A stretch of 64,000 bases of DNA from Cenococcum geophilum. Taxonomy: Eukaryota. Positions within the stretch are counted from its first letter, which is position 1, and each line of letters starts with the position of its first letter. The stretch is taken from positions 31,930,001-31,994,000 of the forward strand of contig CP158635.1 of the NCBI GenBank assembly GCA_050273025.1. The letters are read 5' to 3'. Shown piece after piece: positions 25,731 through 40,100 of the stretch. Both the position numbers and the translations under genes were made by a program. Below the pieces are notes generated by a model. That model was not told the DNA's origin, searched no databases, and saw only the letters and a list, made by a program, of their open reading frames with translations.

Positions 25731-28700
25731 AGTCTTTAGTAGATCCTAGTTAAATAATTTTTTAAGTTATTAGAATAGCCTCTTCTACCTATTACCCTAT
25801 ACCTATAGTTCCTCTTTTTTAGTTAACCTTATAAACGGCTTAATATTCTTTAACTATTATGCTATAAACTTCCTATAGTAGTTATAAAACCTTAAGAGTA
25901 ATCTTAACTATATAACGTTCTTTAGTTCTTGCCAACTTACTATAGCTTTAACTTTCTTTAAGTCTATACTAATCCTTCCTAGTTTAATAATAAATCTAAT
26001 AAATTTAGTCTTCCTTGTAAAGAACTTGTATTTCTTAATTAGTACTATATCTATTTTTTTATAGTCTCTTTAAACCCTATTTAACACACTCTCTATATTC
26101 TTCCTTAGTTATTAAGTATATAATATTATTATTAAAGTGTTCTACTATACTTTTAGAACATTACTAGTGCGTTTATAAGCCTAAATTATACAACTAATAG
26201 CTTATATAGTCCTTTCTTAAACTTAAAGACTGCCTTTTATTTATTACTTTCCTCAATCCTAATCTAATAATACGCCTATCTTAAATCTATCTTTATAAAG
26301 ATTTGCGCACTACTAATTCTATCTTAAATTTACTAATTAAGGATAAAGGATATCTATCCTTTCTAGTAATACTATTTAACTATCTATAGTTAATATATAG
26401 CCTAAGTTTTCTATTCTTCTTTGGTATAAATAGTACTAGATATTCTACTAATAACTATAATAATCGGATATCTCCTTTTTATAAAATTTTCTAAATAAAC
26501 TCTTTAAGTACTCTTAACTCTTCTTTAGTTAGCTTATATATTAGAAAGAACCTTAGATTAGTTTTTAGTTCTAACTCTATCTTATAGTCTTATACTATAT
26601 ATTCTAATAGCATTTTCCTTTCTAGGCTCTATAGCTTTTTACTGTATTTATAGTATCTCTTTAGTATATAACTTAAGCCTTACTTAGTTTCCTAGTATAT
26701 TACTCTAACTTAGTACTATACTAACTTAGTTACTTATTATATTTTACGCCGTTAAATATCTTTAATATTAACCTAACCTATAACCTAATTTATTTTTAGG
26801 GTATATTTCTATAACTAAGGTATTCCTTAAACCGCCTTATCTCGCCCTAGTAAAAAGAGATTAAAAGATATTATAATTAGTCTCCTTTTAATAGTTATCC
26901 AAATAGGTCCTATTTTAAGACTAATAATACCTTCTTTATAGGATATTAGATCTTCTAAATTTATTATTAATAGATATAGATACTTTTTCTACTTATATAG
27001 TAGCCCTATTCTTTTAAATACTACTAGTAATATATAGTTTCTTATCACTCCACTATTTATTAGCGCCTTAAACTATTAATCCTACTAATTAACTTATAAA
27101 TTTAGGTGTTATTTTTAAATTTCTTTAAGGGTATAAGGCTCTATTACTAGCTCCCTTTAGTTTTATAGGCCTTCCCTTTTTCTAACTATTAGCTTAATCC
27201 TACTTATACTTAGTCCTTCCTTAGCTAATACTTTATTTATTTATTTTCCTTAATATACTATAAATATATATTCTCTAGGCATTTTTCTGTAAGGAATCTT
27301 TCTAGTTAAAGTATTAAGTTATTTAACTTCTAAACTTCTACTAGATACTAGCTATATACACACTTAGTATTCCTATATGTTTTTTATTTAGCGCCTACTA
27401 TATCCTAATTAGGTACTTTCTATTTTTTTGCCATTAATACTTTGTATATTTTATATATATATATAATCTATACTAACGTATAATACGCTAGGTACTTTAG
27501 GTTAACTCTAGGCTTACTACCCCCTATAAGTTTAAACCTTTACGTATTAATCTAAGCGTTATTATATCTTTAGCTAGTACTAAAATACGCTAATCGCTTC
27601 TCTAGTTTACTAATTACTCCTTTAGATCCTTAGACGTTATAACTAATACTTCTTTAATATAACTTATCTATCTTTTTAAAATTAATTAGTCTTAAATAAC
27701 TCTCTTATCTAACTATATATAGAAGTCTTTCTATTTATCGTTCTTGCGCTACCCATACTACCTTTAGTATAAATTCTTAAGCGTATACAATCTATCTATA
27801 AAAAAGTATCTTTTTATTACTATATTATAATAGCCTTTTATATATTGTTCTTTAAACCTAGTTAGATCTTAAAAGAATCTTAAGCCTTTAGCCTTTTGCC
27901 TTTATTAAGTAGTAAGCTAGCACTAGCAGTTATCTACTTACTTAGACCATCTTAGCCTTATCTCCTTCTATCTTATAAAGTAATAAACACCGTGTTTAAT
28001 TGAATTATAATGCCTATTATTAAACCTTACTCTATAGCGGTCTTAGTCTCTACCTCTATTTCTACGTCCTTAATATCTATATACTCCTAGTAAGTCGCCT
28101 TTATTTTCTTATTATCGCTATTAATAGTCTAATTGTTTTATAGATCCTTTAGCACTATTACTATTTCTTAAAACTAATTTATAAGAACTCTCTCTGCTAA
28201 CCTTTAACTATATATTCCTTTTAGGTCCTAATTTAGTTTATAAAGTTAATCCTTTTTTTAAAAAATCTAACTCTCTTATACCCCTTAGTTTTATAATTAC
28301 TTAATCTTTAACTTCTAGTTTTCTATAATTTCTTATTTTATCGCCTTAACTCTTTAATACTACTTAGGCCTATTAGTTCTAGTCTGCTATACTATAGTTT
28401 TAATACCTACTATGATGCTTAATTTGTCTATACTAGTCTAACTATATTTCTATCGCCTCTTTTAGACTAATAAAGCCTATTATTAACTTTAATCGCTTAG
28501 TTAATTAGTTCCCTGATAGTTATTATATCCTCTTTAGTATTATGCTATTAACGCCCCTTTATTCCACTTAGTCTACACTATTAATATTTAGAACTACATT
28601 ATATAGTTTGTTACTAATAATCTCTATATAAGTTTAGATAACTTTTATTCTACTATTACTATTAATTCTAGATCTTTATATATTTATATAAATCTATTTA

Positions 28701-29229
28701 TAAATCTATTCTATGTTAAGAATATATACTAAACTTCTAACTTATTAGTTCTGCTCATCCTATTAGCTTATACCTTTATTAAATAGGGTTTAAACCATTC
28801 TAACGCCCAACCTATTAAGAACAACCCTACGTACGTAACTTGGTCCGATACTATAGGTAACTTAGCTCCTTTATATTATATCTTAAGTCTTATCTATATA
28901 AGAAACCCTTTAAGCTTTAATTTTTTTATTATTCTAAAATTGTTAAGCTTTACTTTAAAGCCTACCTAGTTAATATTAATGCGATTTATTACTTCCCTAA
29001 GTCTATCCATTATAACTATCTATAAGTCGCCGCTTTCTGCTATATTTATATCTCCCTAAGACCTAATAGTTAATCCTCCTAGCGTTATTATAGGTGCTGT
29101 TTTAGGTAGTATATTATTTAACTTTGTTAATATTGTAATTAGGTAGTAAATATATAATAAAGCCTTGTAGTAAATACTACAATAGACTTATTAATAGGCT
29201 AAGTATATAGGTAAATAAGAAGTTAATAA

Positions 29230-30037
29230 TAGCGTGGTTTTTATTTTCAATATTGGCACTAATCAATATTGGCGAGTATTGGCCAGTATTGGCGATATTT
29301 GTAATATTTGCAGATCCTCTTGGCGCCCCTTTAAAAAATTAACTTAAATATCGTACGGGCGTTTATATAGACGTTCGTATAGGCGTTCGTGTAGGCAATT
29401 AATTGATAAATCGATTAATTATAGAGCCGTTCGTATAGACGATTATAGAGTCTTCCTAGTATATTAGTATTGCGTGTTAGTAAAGCTTAGAGTGGAGTGT
29501 CGTGTAGAGCTTCGAGCAGAGCATCGCGTAGAGCTTTTAAGTAGAGCTTAAGTAGAGCTCCGTGTAGAGCCTTAATAGAGCTTCGAGTAGAGCTTCGAGT
29601 AGAGCTTTAAGCAGAGCTTTAAGTGGACCTATGATAGGACTTTGAGTAGAGCCTCGTGCAGAGCTTCGAGCAGAGCTTCGAGTAGAGCTCTGAGTAGAGC
29701 TTCGAGTAGAGCTTCGAGTAGAACTTCGAGTAGAGCTCCGAGTAGAGCTCTGAGTAGAACTTCGAGTAGAGCTTTGAGTAGAGCTCCGAGTAGAGCTTCG
29801 TGTAGAGCTTTTGCAGAGCCTTGGTAGAGCTCCGCGCAAAGCTTCGTGCGCAGCTCCGTGCACAGCTCCGTGCACAGCTTACCCCCACGAGCTTAATTAT
29901 ATTATAAAACTGCCAATCTATGCCAATAATTTATATAATCTTTATCCTAGAGTAAGTATATTTCTATTATAATAATTTTATTTAAATTGTTACCAATATT
30001 TAATTGCCTGGAATTTCGATTATTGAAAACCACGCTA
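29230..30037. mobile_element. Non-autonomous hAT element (808 bp) with internal minisatellite
   Basis: TIR tagcgtggtttt / aaaaccacgcta; perfect 8-bp TSD gttaataa (29222-29229, 30038-30045); subterminal tattggc/gccaat repeats. Confidence 0.9.
29486..29880. repeat. 12-bp tandem repeat array (consensus gagtagagcttc), roughly 30 units
   Basis: Period-12 repeat read directly; it explains the low-complexity ORFs called at 29537-29888. Confidence 0.92.
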
Positions 30038-31138
30038 GTTAATAACGTAAATATAAATAGTAGAGTAGTCGCCTAATAGATTAACTCTAATTATATTTTA
30101 AGATTTACTACTAAAAGAGAACTATAGTCCTTTAAATACATAGCCTAACTCCTAAAAGATTTGTTTAGTACGTTAGTACGTTTAATATATTAATACGTAG
30201 TATATTAATACACTTAGTACGTTAAGTACGTAAGCCCTATAACTTGTTATAATTATAGCTTATCTAACCCTTATTTTATAGCTCGACTAATTATAGCGCC
30301 TCTTGCACTTCTACTGCTAGTCCGTTTATATCCCCCCTTAATAGTTATACTACTACTAATATTAGGTCTATAACATTAATCTAATAAAGTATTACGATGA
30401 CGAAGTATTATATGCAAACGCTAGATAAACAAGTATTAGATTTAAAGAATTAGTAGCTATATATAGCTGTTATAGAGACTTAAAAGGATTGCTAAAAGGC
30501 TTAAAAGGAATATAGCTGCGGCTAAATCTATATAGGGGCAATGGGCGGATAAACTATTTGCTGAATAATGTAAATAAATTAATTGTAAGGGATATTATTG
30601 CGGTCACCTCGGGCTGCCCTTAGAACAATCCTTAGATGCCCTTTAAATAGTCGCCAGTTATATACTAAAGGCACGTGCTTATAGTATATAGTCTCTATAA
30701 TCTTAAAGGCCTTACCTCTATTACGGACGCTTTAAGTACGATATTACGACTACTTGGAGAAGAGATAAAAGAAGCTAGTTGGTTAATATAGGCACGGTCT
30801 AGGATGGAGCCAATAGAACTATATGACGAGGAATGGTAACCAAGGTTATATAATATAATCTATATAATCTATATAATCTGCGTAATCTGTAATAGAGTAG
30901 ATAGAGTATATATACATTACGTACAAGAAGGATTTTATAGGAGTACGGTTGTGTATTTAAGGACCCTTAATCCCTATCTAGATAGTTCCTTCCTTATAGT
31001 AATTCTTAGAATATAATTAGAGTTAATCTATTAGGCAACTACTCCACCAGTTATTATTACTTATTAACTATTATACTTGCATTTCCTATATACCTAGCCT
31101 AATAACAGGACCCACCGTAGTTCTTACTATAAGGTTCC

Positions 31139-34100
31139 TATAGCTAGAAGTGTTAGACATATCGTGAGGGCGGCCAAGGCGCTAGTGGTAAGCGAGCTAA
31201 TGGCGATTTTCCATGCCGGGCATGGAAAATCGTGATTGGTTGATAGAGGTCATAGGAGAACACGTGACGAGCCTTACCTCTCGCGACTTGTAGATCTTAA
31301 AGAATTAATTATCCATCTATAACACCGTATAGTACATATCATTGTAATATATGTATTCTGCACGTTGTAAAAGTTATACTAATACTAATTAGTGAGCGCG
31401 TATAGATTAGGAGATACGTACTTGCTTAGAAGACGTTTACGCTCTACCTTATAAAGGCCCTATTTTAGTTAAAGAGAATTAAAGTATTTTGGATTTGGAA
31501 GATGTCTAACGCTCTACCTTACCTAGAAATACCTTAAATCTACCCTAGATTTGGAAGACGTCTAACGCTCCACCTTAACTAGAGACAGACTACTGTACCA
31601 GTAGTTAACGCGACTATATTAAGAACGCGACTACACTAAGAACGCGACCACCCTAACTACTACTTAAACTGTCCCTTAAACGACTACTTAAACCGTCCCC
31701 TAAACCATTCTACGCGTCCTTATCCCTTCTAAAATGGCTATACCCACGGACTAGAAAGTAGAAGCAGAATAATAGAGAAATGGGATTAATGTATAAATGG
31801 CAACTAGTAAAGACCTTATAGACTTTATATTGTTTAAGTTATGGGAATATAACGAGTATAAGCTAATGGATAATGGATTTTAGTCTTCCTTCTAAGACGA
31901 TTTTGAAATATTTAGTGTTGATATATTTTTAAAAGTAAATGCATAGCACCTTTAAAGTATATATACCTTCCTGCGATATAGAGGAGTATATATACGTATA
32001 AAGGAGAAACGTACAATATATGCGTAACTCTTATTTAAATTAACCTAGGAAGAACGTTAATATTCCTAGACTTAAGAGAACTTGGATAAGGTGTATAATG
32101 AGCTAGATAGAAACGGGTTTTAGTTAAATAAAATAAATAATATACTTAAGCGCGGTCTTAACTATAAAGTATTATAAAACCTAATAGTTTATATAACCCC
32201 ATTTTAACTATAACAACTATTAAGTGTTTAGACTATAACCCTACCACTATCCGGAGGAACACTAGTAGGACCTTTACCGTATATAACTCCACGACCCTAA
32301 ACCGCTCCCCTCCTATAGATGCTAATTATATTAGGATAGGGCAAAGAGATTTTTAACGTAGTAAAGATGTATACAGAGGAACTTAAATATAATGGTATAA
32401 ATGGCAGCTTTGATTATAAACTTACTATCTTCTATAGTATCTATAGCCGATCTAATGTTCTATAAGAGGCTTATAATAAAGCTTTACTAATTATGTTAAT
32501 AGGTCTAGCCTTAAACTAGTACTTTAACAGTAGACTTAGTAATCTCTTATTTGAAGACGCTTATAGGCACCTTCGTAATTTCTTTAAAGGCCCTGGCTTA
32601 GAATGTAAGAACCTTAGTAAATAGAATATAATCTCATTAAGGATAATAATGGATAAGAATATAGATAAATTAACCAGTAATTGCCTCCAAATATTAATTA
32701 ATATACTCTCCCAACTATAGCATGGCCTTACCCTAGAACTATAAACAATACTATTCCTAACTAATAAACTTGTTACGTCTTGCTAGGGAATTCACGCATA
32801 CTAATTCGCTGTATTAGACCTACCTTAAAAACTAGGCCCCCTTATTAACAAACTACAGTCCTTAATTACGGCTTATGAAAAACAGAACCTAGAGTAAGCT
32901 TAAACTTAAGCTTACTATATAGATTGTTAGTACTTTAGAAGGGAGAATAGCTATAATTGGTATTAAAACTATAACTAATATTGAAACCGAACTTATGACT
33001 AAATCTACAACCGCGACCGCACCCGCCCTTATTCCTCTCCACGTTATAAACTACGTTGCTTTATATGTAACAAGGAAGGCCGCTGATTATAAAACTACAC
33101 CTAAGAAGAATAAGAAGAGTCTAAAGCTAAGTTTAGAACCGCTAATAGAGATAAGTTTGGTAAATTTAATAACCGATTTAACAAACAACTTAATTAATAT
33201 ATTATGGACTATAAGGATAACGATATTGACTTAGAAGAAGAGCTTAAGGAAGCTTTCCAAGCACTAACTATTAATATAAATTATGAGGCAACCGGTAAGA
33301 ACTCTTAACTAGATATTAACCACTTCTATACCTCTTTTGGCTAAGTAAAACAGTATAAAGCAACTTCTATAGCTGCTACCCTAGCTAATAAAGCCTTTAG
33401 CTATTTGGTTACAACTATAGATAATATAATACCTTTTATGACCGACCAGGACCCCTTTACCTATAATGCAACTATATTTACGTCCCGCTATACTATAGAC
33501 TACTTTATAGGCATAATAATTGATATAGGAGCATCTAAACGATCTATAGTAGGATACGGCCAATTCCTAGCATTCTAAAGACTTGATACTGGTATACAAC
33601 TTAATACTACTATATAAGGCATGGTTAATATACAATTTAGTATTGGATTAACCTTATTAATTGGATTAACTAAAGTAACTACCCTAATCGGCATAATTGA
33701 GTTTTATATTATTAAAGTCGATACCCTATTTTTACTCTGCCTGGCAAATATAGATTAACTACAAGTATACTTCAACAACCTAAAAAATATGCTAATTACC
33801 CCTTAGAGCGAAGTACCAGTTATACGTTGCTTTGGCCATCTATTCCTCCTTTAAAACACATCCCTGTGCAACTACTTAACTATATTATTTAATTAAAACC
33901 CCTGCTACTTAACTGACATTAAATTGAGACGACTATATCGTTGCTTTGGCTACCCTTTAGTTAAGCGTTTTGTATGAATACTTAAACGCTTAGGGCACGA
34001 CATTGATAGTAAGACTTTAGACTATCTCATACGTTACTGCCACTATTGTTAAAAACATGGAAAGTCGCCTGGTAGATTTAGATTTACCTTATATAATAAT

Positions 34101-37100
34101 ATTAATTTTAACTACTTAATTATAGTTAATATTATGTATATTAATGGCACACCTCTGCTATACATTATTGATAAAGGAATACGATTTTAAGCCGGTAGAT
34201 AGCTGTAAAGCATTAGCGCTAAGTATATATAGGATGTACTACGAATGTGCTGGATTAATATATACCTAGGACCCCCTAATATTATTACACACGATGTAGG
34301 CAAGAACTTCGTGAGTAAAGAATTTAAATAATACGCTATAATACTTAGAATAGTTATAAAAGGCGTACCTATCGAAGCCCATAATTTAGTTAGAATGGTA
34401 GAATATTACTATAGCCCCCTCCGTTGTATATACTATATTATTATTACGGAACTACCAGATATTGATAAAGATATAGCTTTGTAAATGGCTTTTAAAGCAA
34501 TTAACGACTCTATAGGCCCTAATAGTCTTATACCTACCTTGTTAGTATTTAGAGCTTACCTACGTATAGTGGAATCTGATATACCCAATCCTACGGTTAT
34601 AAAACGAGTAGTAGCTCTTAAAAAGGCTATAGAAGAAGTTAAGAAGCTTAGAGCTGAGCGCTAAGTGGTAGATGCCCTTAATATGCGCAACAGACCTAAG
34701 ATAACCGCGATTTATAACCTACTACTTAACTTACCTATATTAGTATGGAGAGAAGGACTTATAGGCCAACCTGGCTACTGGTCTGGTCCGTATAACCTAC
34801 TTAGCATTAAAAATAAGACCTATACTATATAACTTCCCTATAGACCTACTAACTTCTGTAGTATAGTTATAAAACTATATATAGTAGACCCCGAAATTAT
34901 AGAAGATATGTAATTAGAAGATAACGATATTAAACTACCTTTACCTTAAACTAAGCCTAAACCTTAACCTTAAACTGAGCCTAGACCTTAACCCGTTAAA
35001 TGCGAAAGAGGTAGACTACGTAAGTACTCTATTAAAGCAAATACCGCGAATATCTTAATTTATCTACAGGATAAGGATAATAATTAACTTATAAATCCTA
35101 ATTAGTTTACAGCATTATGCTAGAAGGAGATTAAGGGATTGCTTAAGAAAGGAGTTTTTAAACTAGTTAACCTTAAGGATATACTATAAGGCAATAGAGT
35201 ATTTAACTCTAGATTTGTTAACGAGATTAAGAACCCCGGCACTAATAAAGCCTTTAAGAAGTTAAGACTAGTTATATAGGCCTATAACGACCTAGAGAAA
35301 GACCTCGTACTAACCTAATTACCTACAATTTAACGAGTTAGCCAACGCCTTATTCTTTGCATTATAGCTATAACTTAGAACGATGGTACATATCTTTACT
35401 TACGAGATATTTTATAGGCCTATATATAATTAACTATAAAACTAAACCGAGACTTTTATATTAAAGCACCTCTTAAACTTAGTATAGTATTTGGAGTCTT
35501 ATAAGGCACAATTTTAAAGGTCGTTAGACCTTTATACGGTATTCCTAAGGTAGGCAATTATTGGTTTAAGACTTACTATAACCACTATATTAAAGAACTA
35601 AATATAAGCTAATCCACTTATGACCCCTGCCTACTTTACCTTAATAACCCTATAAGTTTTGGAATAGTTGGTTTACAGACTAATAACACCCTCCTACTAG
35701 CTAATTTAGTTTTTGCAGCTTCGGAATAGGAGAAGATTAAGAAAGCTAAGTTCCTAACTAAAGAATGTGAGTAACTTACACCGGAATACCTAATTAAGTT
35801 TAACGGAGGCATTGTCTAATAATAGGATTATGTAATTACGCTTATATAAGAGCGCCAATACCAGAACTTGACCCTTGTTAATATTAAGGAAGCTACTATA
35901 ATAACTAGTTCTAGAGGCACTATTTGTATAGTACTTATACCTAAGGACCAATATATTGCCTAATGAGTAAGAGGAGCTTATATTGCGTCCGTATACTAGC
36001 CTAAAGCTTTTTTTAATTTATTCTACGCTGCCTAGGTGATTAACCCTAACGAGAAAGACGTAAAACTACTTAATAAGAGAATTTAGTGGTAAATTGAGAA
36101 CCTAATAAGAGGCTTAAGCTTTGTTAAGCTTGATATAAAGATACTTCAACTACTTATATTTACTAATTCCTTATTCGTAAATAATAAGGACCTCTTATTA
36201 CAGATTGGATATATCCTAGTACTAGTAGACTTATTAAATAAGGCGAATATTGTCTACTAGTTCTTAGTTAAGTGTAAGAGAATTACTAAAAGCGTACTAG
36301 CCTTTAAATTATATGCTATAGCCTATGGTTTTGACATCGGCGCTACAATTAAAGCTATAGTTAAATTGCAACTTAATATTAGCCTCCCGCTTATTCTTTA
36401 TACTAATTCTAAGTTAATTTATAAATGCCTTGTTAAACTAGGAACTATATAAGAGAAGAGACTTATAATTGATGTTATATGCCTACGCTAGTTATATAAA
36501 AGACGCGAAATAGCGGAAGTTAAATAAATTAACGGAGACAGTAACCCTGCGGACGCTATAACTAAAAGCAAACCATTATTAGCCCTTAAACGACTTATTA
36601 ACACAAACCGAATTGAGTTAAAGATAGTGGAATGGGTAGAACGCACTATGTTAGTAATCTAGTTAATCGACGTGTGAATATGGTAAAGAGGGTGTATACA
36701 ATCTCTGTGTCACATGACCGCAATCTATAGAAATCTGCGGCAACCTATAGTAATCTGCCTGTACCTATAACACTACCTAGTACTATTACAACCTGTGCTA
36801 TAACAGTAAGGAAGGAAGGAGAAGTGCGTATATAGATTTTTAGATTGCATAGTTGTAGGATATCGGATCTTTACGTTTTCTAAAGTATTTCTAGTGTAGC
36901 TAGAAGTATTAGACACATCGTGAGGGTGGCTAAGGCGCTAGTGGTAAGCGAGCTAATGGCGATTTTCTATGCCGGGTATAGAAAATCGTAATTGGTTGAC
37001 AGAGGTCATAGGAGAACACGTAATGAGCCTTACCTCTTGCGACTCGTAGATCTTAAAGAATTAATCATCCATCTACAACACCGCATAGTATATATCATTG

Positions 37101-37140
37101 TGATATATGTATTCTGCACGTTGTAAAAGTTATACTAATA
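31139..37140 (+). mobile_element. Full-length Copia B, GalEa-like; RIP-inactivated
   Basis: 246-bp LTRs at 31139-31384 and 36895-37140; TSD gttcc (31134-31138, 37141-37145); ctaattagt after the 5' LTR; protease 'IDTGAS', 'LHR.FGHPS', RT 'GLQTDDTL', RNase H 'KRLMIDVMCLRQSYERREI' (de-RIPed). Confidence 0.95.
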
Positions 37141-40100
37141 GTTCCGTTACACAATCACTACCTAGTTATAGTATTAATATAAGAAGTTGGACAATATGCC
37201 ACTAAAAGCAGCCACTACAACGCTATTAACGGCAGCAACTACATTGAGGTTAGGTAACGACACTAGTATGGTAGATACTAACTTATAGCAACCTATAACG
37301 GTCGGACAACTATAAAAGATAGTTAATTAGTTAATAGAAAATAATATAATATTAGAAAATAGGATTAACGGGATAGGCGTAGTAAAGGTTAAGTTACTAT
37401 CGATTAAAAGATACTTAGGAGAGAGATTAAAGCTTAAAGGATTTCTTACGCAAATGCACTTTAAAGTGGCGTAAGAGGGAGCTAAGCTGGCAATACCTAT
37501 AGATTAAATAGTATACGCAGGATTGTTTCTAACAGGAAGAGCACTTAAGTAGTTTAAGCCTTACCTTATAGAAATCCAGACAAATGGAATAACAATAACG
37601 AACTAAGAGGTACGGTTTATGTTCTTAAGCTGGAATGGATTTATAGAATAACTTATATAAATGTTTAGAGACCCAGAGGTAGTAACCACGGCGAAAAGAA
37701 AACTCTAAGATATTACGTAATAAACCTTAGTAATTAAGTATATAAGTTAAGTAGAATAATAGGGCGCTTATAGCATAGTATAAACAGGGACTTAAAGCTA
37801 AAGTCTAGGACGCGATTATTCTAATGGAAGATGCGGATACCCTAAGGGAACTAATAGATTAAGTAATTAAGATTAATAATTAAATCTACTAAAGGGAACA
37901 GGCTAAGAAAGGTTAGAATAGAGTTCTATAGTCATATAAGGCGTAAAGTACGCAACAACTAAAGCTAAGTTAGAAACTATAGTATAGCGCAGAGCTAATG
38001 GACCTAAGTAGTACTAAAGAAGCCTATAAGAGATAGAGTAAGAAACCGTAGAAACCTAGAGGTTAAGGATCTAGTAATTATAGGACTAAGGAGCAGAGGC
38101 TAAACTAGGGATCTTAGCAGCAGAAGACGTTTAGGCAGACTCTATAGTAAAAGCAATAGTTTAGAGAGGGAGCTTGCATAAATTGCGGGAAATAAGGTCA
38201 CTTTGTAAGGGATTGTAAAGATAGTTAGAGATACTATACAATAAAGGGAACCAGACTAATAGCAGACGATATATACGTATAGAGGGACGATAATATACTA
38301 CGAGGAACAAAAGAGTGTTTAATTAAAAGTTTTGCGTTTTATTATAATAACGTATACCAAATTTATAAGGACGCCAAGTACGGCGCAAGCTATTGGCTAT
38401 AGGAGCTAGCACCTATAGGATATAGAGGAACCAATGAACTAGTTTGCAGATCGGACATTAAAGACAATAACTTTAACATAGGCGAAATATTTCGTAACGA
38501 TAAGGCAATAAGGGCGGTTTACTAGGAACACGTAGCTATTAAAGATATTATACTAGAGGCAGAGGATAATTCCACTATAAAATAAGGAATATTAGTAGGG
38601 ATTAAGACCCTACTAGATATAATATCTATCGCTTCGTAAGACGCAAGAGAAGTAGGACAGCGAGCCACTTTGGCACTTAATAAAGGCAAGAAGCTAAAGG
38701 CTTAAGATTCTCAAGACAAGATAAGAGATGACTAAGATTCTTAAAATAAGATAAGGTAAGCTCAAGGACCTATAATAGACGAAAACTAATAGAGTAGAGC
38801 AGCAGCTTAGTTTAAAGATATATAAATAAGCTTGGGACGAAGTTTCCTACAGGCACAAGATTCTTAAGATAAGATAAATAAGATTTAAAACTCTTAAGAT
38901 GAGATAAGAACACTAAGTAAGCCTAGTTAGACTAAGGCTAGAGCTAAGCTTAAGTTAAAAGCGAGCTTAGGATTAAGAAATCTAAGGGATTAAGAATTCG
39001 GAGTACGAATTAAGACACCTATAGGCAAGAGGTAAGGAGCTTCTTTATAGATTAGAGAATCTGTGACATAAATAGTAATCAAACTAGGAGACGAATATAT
39101 AAACCTAGAAGACTTACTAGTTAAATAAAGTGTTTGAACTAAAGATTAAAAAGTCAATACTAGGATTAAAAAGTAAGACGGCTTTAAGGATTAGAGCGTA
39201 AGGCGCAAACTAAAAGAAATTATAAAAGAGTTTAGGCAAAGAATCATCATATAGTAAGAACAGAAACTAGATAAGAGATCTAGCATATTAGGATATATAA
39301 AGGACAGAGCGCTAGTACGAAAAATCACTAATAGGCTAAGAGTAGGCACACTAAGAGCTAAGTGGCTTACTAAACTAGAAGACGAAGAGGATCTAGGAAT
39401 CCTAACTAGGTTCAAAAAACAATATACTAAGGGCTATTATAACGTAGTAATAAGAAGATACTTCCTTATGGACAAGCTATATATACTCTAGCAGCTATAC
39501 CAAAAGTAGTATAGGCAAAGGCATAACGATAAGTGGGAAGATTTCTATATATAGTTAGATAAACGAGTTATCCAGGACCACCTAATTACGGAAAAGGCTA
39601 TAACGCATATTAAAGGAGCCTTAATTATAACGTTAAAGGATCTAGAGGAACGATTAGAGGACTAAAGAAGTAAGTAACGCATCTTAGTACCTGCGAATAA
39701 AGTTATAACATTTAAATCAGCATAATAAAGGTTTAAACTTAAAGATGAGAATAAGTTAAGAGTTAACCTAAAGCACTTAGCACACTACACGTTATCATGG
39801 ATCGCGTATATAGACAATATATACGAGATGCATAAGAATCTAAAGGAAAAGAATTGGAAATACCCTATAAGGATATATTAGATAACGGACGAGTAATAGT
39901 ATAGGAATGCTAAATACATATATAGATGGCATCTAGCAGAAGTCTAAGAAGAAGGAAGTTTAATACTTTAACTAGGAAGATTCCTTACGGAAGAATGCTT
40001 AAACGGATAATAGTAGTAAAAATACCTAGAGAATACGTGTCTATAGTATATTAAAGACAAAAAGTAAACTAAGTATTAGCTAAAGAATAAGCTAAGTGTA

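Larger units (their letters stand above)
25750..30375 (-). mobile_element. 3'-truncated Gypsy D (5' LTR, gag, protease, RT), related to Gypsy C; LTR interrupted by a hAT MITE
   Basis: Reverse complement aligns with Gypsy C gag (DQV.YAGLFLTGRALEWF.PYL), protease and RT; LTR ~29153-30375 aligns with LTR 44254-44679. Left boundary approximate. Confidence 0.82.

Noticed and set aside
29537..29888. Three low-complexity ORFs (SSTR/LYSK/SSRA repeats)
   Set aside because: They are translations of the 12-bp tandem array inside a non-autonomous element. The array is not CRISPR either: there are no unique spacers.
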